From NCBI GenBank assembly GCA_053919585.1, contig CM132800.1: DNA of 64,000 bases; one strand, 5' to 3'. Origin of the DNA: Euprymna scolopes. Taxonomy: Eukaryota. The notes beneath the pieces are model-generated. The model ran no database searches. It saw nothing but the letters and a program-made list of their open reading frames with translations, and was not told where the DNA came from. Positions 36,001 through 46,200 of this stretch are shown here, in pieces (the first letter of the stretch is position 1; each line of letters starts with the position of its first letter). A program made the translations under genes and the position numbers.

Positions 36001-38775
36001 ATTTCAGTGATATAAGCATATTAAAATAATTTCAGTGATATAAGCATATTAATATAATTTCAGTGACATAAGCATATTAATATAATTTCAGTGATATAAT
36101 CATATTAATATAATTTCAGTTATATAAGCATATTTATATAATTTCAGTGATAAGCATATTAAAATAATTTCAGTGATATAAGCATATTAATATAATTTCA
36201 GTTGGTATAAGCATAGTAATATAATTTCAGTGGTATAAGCATATGAATATAATTTCAGTGATATAAGCATATTAATATAATTTCAGTGGTATAAGCATAT
36301 TAATATAATTGCAGTGGTATAAGCATATTAATATAATTTCAGTGATATAAGTATATTAATATAATTTCAGTTATATAAGCATATCGAAATAATTTCAGTG
36401 ATAAGCATAATGATATAATTTCAGTGATATAAGCATATTAATATAATTTCAGTTATATAAGCATATTAATATAATTTCAGTGGTATAAGCATATTAATCT
36501 AATTTCAGTGATATAAGCATATCGAAATAATTTCAGTGATATAAGCATATTAATATAATTTCAGTGATATAAGCATATCGAAATAATTTTAGTGATATAA
36601 GCATAGTAATATAATTTCAGTGATATAAGCATATTATTATAATTTTAGTGATATAAGCATATTAATATAATTTCAGTTATATAAGCATATTAATATAATT
36701 TCAGTGATATAAGCATATTAATATAATTTCAGTGATATAATCATATCAATATAATTTCAGTGATATAAGCATATTAATATAATTTCAGTGATGTAAACAT
36801 TTTAATATAATTTCAGTGATATAAGCATATTAATCTAATTTCAGTGATAAGCATATTAATATAATTTCAGTGATATAAGCATATCGAAATAATTTTAGTG
36901 ATAAGCATATTTGTATATTTTCAGTGATATAAGCATATTAATATAATTTCAGTGGTATAAGCATAGTAATATGATTTCAGTGATATAAGCATATTAATAT
37001 AATTTCAGTGATATAAGCACATTAATATAATTTCAGTGATATAAGCATATTAATATAATTTCAGTGATATAAGCATATTGATATAATTTCAGTGATATAA
37101 GCATATTAATATAATTTCAGTGATAAGCATATTAATATAATGTCAGTGATATAAGCATATTAATATAATTTCAGTGATATAAGCATATCGAAATAATTTC
37201 AGTGATAAGCATATTAATATAATTTCAGTGATACAAGCATATTAATATTATTTCAGTGATATAAGCATATTAATATAATTTTAGTGATATAATCATATTA
37301 ATACAATTTCAGTGATATACGCGTATAGAAATAATTTCAGTGAGATAAGCATAGTAATATAATTTCAGTGGTATAAGCATATTAATATAAGTTCAGTGAT
37401 ATAAGCATATCGAAATAATTTCAGTGATATAAGCATATTAATAAAATTTCAGTGATATAAGCACATTAATATAATGTCAGTGATATAAGCATATTAATAT
37501 AATTTCAGTGATATAAGTACCTTAATATAATTTCAGTGATATAAGCATATTAATATAATTTCAGTGATATAATCATATTAATATAATTTCAGTGATATAA
37601 GCATATAAATATAATATCAGTGATATATGCATATTAATATAATTTTAGTGATATAAGTATATTAATATAATTTCAGTGATATAAACATATTAATATAATT
37701 TCAGTGATATAAGCATATTAATATAATTTCAGTGATATAAGCATATTAATAGATTTTCAGTGATAAGCATATTAATATAATTTCAGTGGTATAAGCATAG
37801 TAATATAATTTCAGTGATATAAGCACATTAATATAATTTCAGTGATATAAGCATTTTAACATAATTTCAGTGATATAATCATATTAATAAAATTTCAGTG
37901 ATATAAGTATATTAATATAATTTCAGTGATATAAGCATATTAATATAATTTCAGTGATATAAGCACATTAATATAATTTCAGTGATATAAGCATATTGAT
38001 ATAATTTCAGTGATATAAGCATATTGATATAATTTCAGTGATATAAGCATATTGATATAATTTCAGTGATATAAGCATATTAATATAATGTCAGTGATAT
38101 AAGCATATTAATTTAATTTCAGTGATATAAGCATATTGATATAATTTCAGTGATATAAGCATAATCATATAATGTCAGTGATATAATTTATTAATATAAT
38201 TTCAGTTATATAAGCAAATTAATATAATTTTAGTGATATAAGCGTATTAATATAATTTTAGTGATATAAGTATATTAATATAATTTCAGTGATATAAGCA
38301 TATTAATATAATTTTAGTGATATAAGCATATTAATATAATTTTAGGTATATAAGTATATTAATATAATTTCAGTGATATAAGCATAGTAATATTATTTCA
38401 GTGATATAAGCATAGTAATATGATTTCAGTGATATAAGCAAATTAATATAATTTTAGTGATATAAGCACATTAATATAATTTCAGTGATATTAGCATATT
38501 AATATAATTTCAGTGATATAAGCATATTAATATGATTTCAGTGATATAAGCATATTAATATAATTTTAGTGATATAAGCGTATTAATATAATTTCAGTGA
38601 TATAAGCATATAAATATAATATCAGTGATATATCCATATGAATATAATTTTAGTGATATAAGTATGTTAATATATTTTCAATGATATAAGCATATTAATA
38701 TAATTTCAGTGATATAAGCATATTTATATAATTTTAGTGATATAAGCATATTAATATAATTTCAGTGATATAAGC
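1..38775. repeat. 28-bp tandem satellite array (runs off the left edge of the window)
   Basis: Consensus ATAATTTCAGTGATATAAGCATATTAAT recurs at 1, 29, 57 and onward, with 26- and 29-bp indel variants. It stops abruptly at ...GATATAAGC|TAGGCAGG (38775). Confidence 0.99.
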
Positions 38776-39783
38776 TAGGCAGGTGTGCCAGCCGCATCAA
38801 ATTTTGTTGGCAATATACAATAATAAAGAAATTAATCAACGAGCTATTTTTCCTTTTGTTTTTAGACGTTGTATATAAGATTTCGATGGCGGGCAGTAAA
38901 CATCTACAAACTATATGAGACGAAAGATCTTAAGTAATTGTTTGTCTTATATAATACCAATGGTTATATAAAGATGAGATGCAGAAAAAGATAATGAAGA
39001 ATGGTGGATGTGTAAGAAGGCAACAACAAGAAAGATAGCGGATGATGCTGAGATAGGATGGAAAACTACTGAAGAAAATGAAAAGCGCACCGAAAAATAT
39101 AAACCTTAGAAAAAAATCAAAAGACGATGAAGAAATAAAAAAAATTCTAAAGAATATAAAGAAGAGGAAATAGAAAACGTAATTAAGAGTATAAATTGAA
39201 AAAGAAAAGTATAAGCAAAAACAAAAAGAAATAGATGAAGAAGAAGATGAAGAAGAAATAGGGTAGAAAGGATGGTGCGAGAAAGATGATGGAAAAAGGA
39301 AAATAAGAACGACAATTAAATTATGAGTAAGAAAGACAATATGAGAAACAAAATAAGTGAGCAAGAATGAAAAGATATGAAACAGAAGAATATAATAGGA
39401 GATAAAATCGAATGAAGATGTTTCGACAGTATTCCATGCATGAACGAATGGTCGCTACATAGAAATATAAGATAACTGCAGATGGGAGAAATTTTCTTAA
39501 CCAGTCGAGAATGTTCAGATTGTTTACAATATTATCTATTTATCCATTCTAATCCCTTTAGCCCGAGGATGTTAGGCCGATACATATAAACACGATAATA
39601 TGGTGAGCCACAACAATCAGTAGTAAAAAAGTTGTTAAACCATAAATTGATCAATAGAATTAACTAATTGTAATTATTATAAGAGAGTATATGACAAGTA
39701 TTTGTGAACAGTGGATTTGAAGACAACTATTTTTTAATCAATTTCCAATGGCAGCCTGTGCGAACCCAGACATCAAAATATAC

Positions 39784-40024
39784 AAGCACAGATAGACAAG
39801 ACATGTAGTCAGACAACATGACAACAGATGGTCCATCAGGGCAACGAAATTGACATTCATGAACATGAGAGGCCAAAGGGAAGACCAAGAACGAGATGGA
39901 GGGACAACCTGATAAAGCACATGCGTCCCACATGGCAGCGAATAGCTCGCGGCAGAGTTGGATGCCTCTATTCCAGGGAGGGGTTCCTCATTGCGTGATA
40001 AAGCCCTTGATTGATTGATTGATA

Positions 40025-40071
<47 letters not shown>
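39784..40071 (+). mobile_element. RTE-clade LINE 3' remnant with (GATT)n tail
   Basis: Plus-strand translation with a stop and a frameshift gives KHR*TRHVVRQHDNRWSIRATKLT / HERPKGRPRTRWRDNLIKH..TWQRIARGR. This matches the RTE C-terminal pattern (W.GHV.R..D.RW...RP.GRP..RW.D) and is followed directly by a (TTGA)n tail at 40007-40071. Confidence 0.8.
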
Positions 40072-40074
40072 GTT

Positions 40075-40390
40075 TTAATCTGCATGGAAATAGTTTTGGC
40101 AGTAATGCGTTCCACAGACAGTGAGTTTTTGCAGAGAAGCACTGTCTATAGAAATACGCTTGTTGTTAAGAGACATAGTTGAAGAAAGGAAACTTTTTCC
40201 TGCAGTGTTAATAAACCGGGTTCTTGCAGTGAATGCCTCATGAAAGGGGGGGCAACGATTAGAACCCAGTAGAGCACCTTCCATTAAAATAATAGTAGAA
40301 TAGAGAAAGACTAAGATCGTCTTTTTCTGTGCTGAAGGAAATAGATCATTTCTCTGCTTGTGAAGCTGATTTTGTATTTGCCAAAGCAGT
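40075..40390 (-). mobile_element. Decayed 3' fragment of a CR1-group-like LINE ORF2
   Basis: Minus-strand pieces across frameshifts: LQHRK / LSLSLFYYYFNGRCSTGF*SLPP / ARTRF / YRQCFSAKTHCLWNALLPKLFP. The same motif series (SLxYRY..CS.E...PP) occurs in the LINE at 55.4-58.5 kb. Confidence 0.6.
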
Positions 40391-41454
40391 AAAGAATGAT
40401 CTGAGCGACTCTTGTATTGTGTATATATTATTTTTAATTTGTTAACTAAATATTTATGATAAAGTTTTAAAATTAACATTTTTATACTAAATGTAAAAAA
40501 ATATTTATTCTAAATATTTTTTTTATTATTCTAAAACATATTTTAGCTGAAAAACAAAACCAGTTGGCTTGAATAATCGTCGACCAGCACTCCTTCGGCG
40601 TTACCTGTTTAATTCGCAACACAACGGCCACTTATTTGTGGCTAATTCAATCCATCATATTGTGTAGTCCAATCGATACAGGATTTACAATTTAAGATGA
40701 ACAATTAAAATGATGCTTTAAATGTTGGCCGAGTAAACACCTTCAGCATAAAAAATGTGAAGTAGGAAGAGATTTTAATTGACATATTTATTCATATTCT
40801 GTTTATTACGCTTAAAACAGAAGATGTTTATCTCATCCAAAGTATTTCATGAGGATCTGTCTTGTAGCAGCAACAAGTTAACTTTTATCGATTTTCGTTC
40901 TTTGATATTAACTGCAACACGTTAAACATACAAAGTGTTATGAATCTTCAAAATAACGCCAATCTTTCATAACAATTTTAGAAGGCACATATTTTTTCTT
41001 TGTGCGAATAGATAGGTTCAGCAATAGGTAATTTTCTTGTAGGGAAATCAGATGATTTGATGTTGGAGTACAATTGGTTGCAATATTTCCAGCAACTGAA
41101 AAGTCTGGCATTTTCCTGCTTTTAATCGGTTAGTGTTTCGAAAATTTACTTACTGGACGTCCTGTATTTGAATCGCCCAACTCACCAGCAATGAAATGAA
41201 ATATACAGCGTTTAAAAAGATTGACATTTGGCTTTTTATACTTCTTTCCAAGCATTAACTAAATAAAAGTAATTTTTCTTTGAGGTTCAATGTTGTCCTT
41301 TGTCATTCATTTCGAATATGAAGTAAAATAAATATTCGCTAATAAGCTAACTTGCACGATATTATTGGTTACTTGAAATCATTGAAATGAATCTGATGGA
41401 TATGACAATTTTTTCACCATCTTTCTTTCTCTTTCTCTGCGACTCTGTCTTCAC

Positions 41455-41467
41455 CTCTCTCTCTCTA

Positions 41468-41543
<76 letters not shown>
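41455..41543. repeat. (CT)n(AT)n compound microsatellite, left flank of the ribozyme array
   Basis: Directly visible. Confidence 0.97.
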
Positions 41544-41544
<1 letters not shown>

Positions 41545-41559
41545 TATAATAATTAAATA

Positions 41560-41605
41560 CCTACAGACACTAGTGTTTCATCCTTTCGGGAATCTTCGGT
41601 GCAGG
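41560..41605 (-). ncRNA. Type I hammerhead ribozyme, copy 1 (core variant CCGAAGA)
   Basis: Minus strand reads CCUGCA-CCGAAGA-U UCC CGAAA GGA U-GAAA-C ACUAGU GUC/UGUAGG. Stem I CCUGCA:UGUAGG pairs fully (one G-U). The core has a U4 to C change. Confidence 0.75.
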
Positions 41606-41609
41606 GTGT

Positions 41610-41706
41610 CACGATTAATACCAGTCGAACGATTCGAACCCCGCAACACGAGACATCTCTAGCTCGATTAGCGAAGATCTAATCCATCCGGCTACCATTA
41701 ACCGCG
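41610..41706 (-). promoter_or_regulatory. tRNA-like internal Pol III promoter module (also at 41957-42053 and 42304-42400; copy 4 is truncated before the A box)
   Basis: Minus strand: A-box-like TAGCCGGATGG (41694-41684) and B-box GGTTCGAATC (41640-41631), 43 nt apart. The module is closed by a 10-bp stem CGCGGUUAAU:AUUAAUCGUG with two G-U pairs. It is not a clean cloverleaf, so not called a tRNA gene. Confidence 0.65.
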
Positions 41707-41906
41707 TGAAATAACGTTGAATTTAAACATTTTAATTTTTTAAATGTTCATTTACGTCAGTCAGACAGTGATCTAATCGTTATACGATGATCTATGCATA
41801 AAGGATAAATTGACCGACTTTAATTAAACTGAAAGTGCTCTACGATAAGAAACGAATTTCTTAAAGAGGCTGTAATAACTATTTTTTTTACTATAATAAT
41901 TAAATA

Positions 41907-41952
41907 CCTACAGACACTAGTGTTTCATCCTTTCGGGAATCTTCAGTCCAGG
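41907..41952 (-). ncRNA. Type I hammerhead ribozyme, copy 2
   Basis: CCUGGA-CUGAAGA-U UCC CGAAA GGA U-GAAA-C ACUAGU GUC/UGUAGG. Canonical CUGANGA, GAAA and GUC triplet; 10-nt palindrome ACACUAGUGU as stem III; one G.G mismatch in stem I. Confidence 0.85.
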
Positions 41953-42253
41953 GTGTCACGATTAATACCAGTCGAACGATTCGAACCCCGCAACACGAGA
42001 CATCTCTAGCTCGATTAGCGAAGATCTAATCCATCCGGCTACCATTAACCGCGTGAAATAACGTTGAATTTAAACATTTTAATTTTTTAAATGTTCATTT
42101 ACGTCAGTCAGACAGTGATCTAATCGTTATACGATGATCTATGCATAAAGGATAAATTGACCGACTTTAATTAAACTGAAAGTGCTCTACGATAAGAAAC
42201 GAATTTCTTAAAGAGGCTGTAATAACTATTTTTTTTACTATAATAATTAAATA

Positions 42254-42299
42254 CCTACAGACACTAGTGTTTCATCCTTTCGGGAATCTTCAGTCCAGG
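42254..42299 (-). ncRNA. Type I hammerhead ribozyme, copy 3
   Basis: Identical to copy 2. Confidence 0.85.
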
Positions 42300-42599
42300 G
42301 TGTCACGATTAATACCAGTCGAACGATTCGAACCCCGCAACACGAGACATCTCTAGCTCGATTAGCGAAGATCTAATCCATCCGGCTACCATTAACCGCG
42401 TGAAATAACGTTGAATTTAAACATTTTAATTTTTTAAATGTTCATTTACGTCAGTCAGACAGTGATCTAATCGTTATACGATGATCTATGCATAAAGGAT
42501 AAATTGACCGACTTTAATTAAACTGAAAGTGCTCTACGATAAGAAACGAATTTCTTAAAGAGGCTGTAATAACTATTTTTTTACTATAATAATTAAATA

Positions 42600-42645
42600 C
42601 CTACAGACACTAGTGTTTCATCCTTTCGGGAATCTTCAGTCCAGG
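42600..42645 (-). ncRNA. Type I hammerhead ribozyme, copy 4
   Basis: Identical to copy 2 across the motif. Confidence 0.85.
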
Positions 42646-42717
42646 GTTTCACGATTAATACCAGTCGAACGATTCGAACCCCGCAACACGAGACATCTCT
42701 GGCTCGATTAGCGAAGA

Positions 42718-42719
<2 letters not shown>

Positions 42720-42796
<77 letters not shown>
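42720..42796. repeat. (TA)n microsatellite, right flank of the ribozyme array
   Basis: Directly visible. Confidence 0.97.
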
Positions 42797-42798
<2 letters not shown>

Positions 42799-42908
42799 GC
42801 GTGTCTGCTCGTGTGTGTTTCTGTGTATTGGTATGGAAAAGAAAAAGTAATCAATAAGCACACAAAACTAATATGTAAGAAAAAGATTATCGCATTTTTG
42901 TCCATATT

Positions 42909-42935
42909 TACTACTACTACTACTACTACTACTAC

Positions 42936-42975
<40 letters not shown>
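42909..42975. repeat. (TAC)n(TAA)n microsatellite
   Basis: Directly visible; abuts the 5' end of the R4/Dong-like fragment. Confidence 0.97.
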
Positions 42976-44030
42976 CAGGAACAGGTAATGGAATCAGCAA
43001 GAGAACCGTAAAGAAAACGAAAGGAAAAAATGGCAAGCTGGAGCGCACCAGGACACGACGGAATACATGCATACTGGTTCAAAGAATTGGCAACATTACT
43101 AAAAGGCTAGCCCAAAATCAGAGAAATTCTGAGATTGGATGACAAAAGGTGCAACAACACTGCTAAAGAAGGACACAGAGATATGAACCGCCCCAGCAAT
43201 TATAGACTTATCACGTGTTTATCCACTATGTCGAAAATACTAACAGCACGACTGAGGGAACAAATCTACCACTCCTTGAATAATCGCGGACTTCTTAACA
43301 AGGGACAGAATGGATACCAAAAAGGAAAAAGAAGAACATATAATCCGCTATGCATAGATGAAAAGATCTTGAAGGAGTTAAAAAGGAGAAAGAATTTATC
43401 CATGGCATGGATCGACTACAAAAAAGCGTATGACATGATCACCCAAGCATGGATAATAGAATGCTTACAAATCTATAAAATACCAGGCAGGATCATCAAC
43501 GTAATAGAAAATGCAATGAGAACATGGAGACTGGAACTGAAGGTTGATGAGCAACACATAACAGAAATTAACATACAAATAGGCATTTTCCAAGGAGATT
43601 CACTATCACCATTACTGTTCATCATAGGCATGATGCCCCTGAACAATATAATGAGAAAGTGCCAAGCTGGATACAAGTTCTCTAATACAGAGAAAAAAAA
43701 TGAACCACCTGACGTACATAGACGATTTGAAACTTTTTGCAAGGACCGAAATGGAACCAGAAACAATAATAAACATTACCAGGATCTTCAACCAGGATAT
43801 CCAAATTGAGTTGAATGGAAACTTGCGCACTACTAGTTATAAGAACCGGAAAACTGGAGACGATAGAAGACATAGCATTACCCAACCAAACGGATAGTAG
43901 GGTACTAGGAGAACAAGATGCCTAGAAATATTGGGAGTTCTGTAAGCAGACACCATAAAAGCAACAGAAATAACAGATAAAATTGAACAGGGATACCTCA
44001 GGATAACAAGAAAACTCCTGTCGCCCACAT
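42976..44030 (+). mobile_element. R4/Dong-like non-LTR retrotransposon, truncated and frameshifted reverse transcriptase
   Basis: WSAPGHDGIHAYWFKEL precedes ORF 43135-43809, which contains NYRLITCLSTMSKILT, NLSMAWIDYKKAYD and GIFQGDSLSPLLF. A frameshift in an A-run near 43693-43700 leads to NHLTYIDDLKLFA. The motif wording is typical of R4/Dong-type RTs; the clade call is from memory of motifs. Confidence 0.88.
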
Positions 44031-44109
44031 AAAAGAATCCAAATAATACAAATAACCAATCCTCATCTAAAAAATTCCTAAATAAATTTAGTGTTAATAT
44101 AAAGCTGGG

Positions 44110-45020
44110 TTGATGTTTTTTATACAGAACAACGGTCAGTTTAATTTTGTTTTTATCTTTTTCATTTTTTTTTTCTTCTTTATTGTTGCAATGGTTGTTA
44201 AATTTATTATTTTATTTTATTATTTTTCTCTAAACTTGTTTTTATTTCGCTTTTTTTTTACTTTTGGTCTTTCTTATATTATTTTTCTATCTTCATCTCG
44301 TCCTTACGTTTTTTCCACATCTTTATCCATTTACCCATTGACTTTCTTTTCTTCTTCTTCATCTCTTTTTCTGTCTTGTTTTACTTTACCCTTATTATTT
44401 CCGTGTTACTTCAATTTTGTTTTCTATATTTATAGTTTCTTCTTCATCGTTTTCTTTTGTTGTTCTTTTTTTCATTGTTCTTGTACTTTTCTTCTTTCTT
44501 TTTTTCTTTTTTCTTTTCTGTTTTTTTTTTTTTTTAGTTTTTTATGCATTTATGTTACCTTTATAATTTTTTTTTCTTTTCTTAACCTTATTTCTTTTCC
44601 GGTGTTCTTTTTTTAAACCTGTTCAATTTTCACATATATTTCCACCATTTTCACTCCGAGATTCAGTCGCTGATTTTTCTTTAACGTGTTTCTTTTATTT
44701 ATAATATTCTCATCAACTTTTCATTCCTCTACCGTTTCCCTGTCTCCCTTACTTTTCTTTTTTTTCCTTTTCTTAGCTTTTCCTTTGTTTGTACTTCTTT
44801 TTATCTTCTTTCGCCCCCTCCTTTCACATTTTCATTTTTTAAAGAACATGTTTCTCCCCTCTTTTTTTTTCAATATTCCATCATATTTTCATTTCTTTTT
44901 CTTTATTATCATTATATTATTGGTTCTTATATTTCGTAGATTTCTCATTAAAATTCTTCAACTCTATTACATTCCTCCATTCTCCCGTATGTCATTCTCA
45001 GCAAACACTAGTCATCATTG
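44110..45020. repeat. T/C-rich low-complexity tract
   Basis: Strong pyrimidine skew; the Phe-rich ORFs here are compositional artefacts. Confidence 0.8.
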
Positions 45021-45338
45021 ATTTTTGCGCAAATTACTTTCTGACCTTCAAGCATCCTCATTCTTTAGTTCAACCTAATATAATCAAAATCTATAATAAA
45101 CAACACAAAAACATCAACATATTTTAGCATGCATGGCACAGCGGAAGATTTTTTGATAGACAAAATATTGAAGTCGCCAATTGATCGTTACACGATTCCT
45201 TCTTTTTTTTTGTTTGTATTTCTTGATTCCCTTAGTACGAAAACGAGGCACGTACGCATTAGTTGCCTCGTTTGGAGGTAAGACAAATTTTACTCAGAAA
45301 GAAAGATTAGTAAATGTGAAGCGATAAAGATGCTGATG

Positions 45339-45393
<55 letters not shown>

Positions 45394-45772
45394 CATTTAT
45401 ACTTTCATATTTTATCTTTCTGCTACATAAAGAAAATAAATAGGTAAGACAGAGACTCTGATTGGTTAATATATGTCACGTGTTAAAAAGAAGCTTTAAA
45501 TATCTTAAATTTATATATTAGCTCGTGCCACAAATTGCGGATGCATGGCGTGTAACTGTGTGCTAAATTTATAAGATACCACTCGTATTCTGATGTCACA
45601 ATAATCCTTATAATAAATAAAAATGGAAACATTTCCACCTAACCATTGACATGATATGAAACTACTGAGACCATAGCTTTCATACTCGGCTGCAACTTCT
45701 CTGCATGCATATATAAAGACAGCGATTCGTGCTACTAGAAATATTGTACTGATGTTGCTGATAATTATATTG

Positions 45773-45942
45773 CTTCTTCTTCCTCTTCTTCTTCTTCTTC
45801 TTTTTCTTCTTCTTCTTCTTCTTATTATTATTATCATTGTCTCACAAGAAACTTTCACACAGGTCATTAAAGATCTCACTGCCTGTGGTGGTCCCTGGAA
45901 GCTGAGCGGCAACAAGTCTCCCTAGATTTTCCAGTACTCTCC
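45773..45942 (-). mobile_element. Probable R4/Dong-like 3' end with (AAT)n(AAG)n tail
   Basis: Minus strand GGAGAGTACTGGAAAATCTAGGGAGACTTGTTGCC (..RVLEN) then a short 3' UTR ending in TAA/GAA repeats. The GG(A/G)GACTT(G/A)TT motif recurs near 61758 and 61888. Confidence 0.5.
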
Positions 45943-46200
45943 ACCTCTTTCGATAACATTTGCAAATAAATTTGCCTTATCGCAACAGCTGCTTGCCATT
46001 GATTTCTCGTTGGCAATGGCCATCGATCTTTACTGCAATTTGAGTGGCATGTAGCCTCCCAGTTCTCTTCGCACTTATACAGTGAAAGTCTGGTCAGTGC
46101 TCACTCTTTGGTTTTCCTTCCTCCTTGACTACTTGGCTATTCGGTCTCGCACTCTTTTTGGAGAGAAGGGGACAGTGATGTGGTAATGGGGGAATGGGAG

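Larger units (their letters stand above)
41542..42719 (-). mobile_element. 347-bp tandem repeat (3 full units + about 138 bp) carrying hammerhead ribozymes; retrozyme-like non-autonomous retroelement
   Basis: Units start at 41542, 41889, 42236 and 42582 (TACTATAATAATTAAATACC) and are near identical. Each has an HHR motif and a tRNA-like module on the minus strand. (TA)n flanks both ends and there is no credible ORF. Confidence 0.85.

Noticed and set aside
1-38775. 28-bp repeat as a CRISPR array or coding repeat
   Set aside because: Head-to-tail monomers with no spacers, no cas genes and no ORFs.
38930-39364. 144-aa and 69-aa Phe/Ser-rich ORFs
   Set aside because: Artefacts of a purine-skewed low-complexity tract.
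41610-41706. Functional tRNA gene
   Set aside because: Has A/B boxes but no proper acceptor and T stems and no downstream terminator; treated as tRNA-derived only.
44110-45021. Hydrophobic 168-aa and 111-aa ORFs resembling membrane proteins
   Set aside because: Poly-T low complexity, non-ATG starts and no motifs.
45235-45345. GAAA + 10-bp hairpin (AAACGAGGCA/TGCCTCGTTT) + downstream CTGATGA as a permuted hammerhead
   Set aside because: Stem I cannot form and stem II is out of register; only the hairpin is supported.
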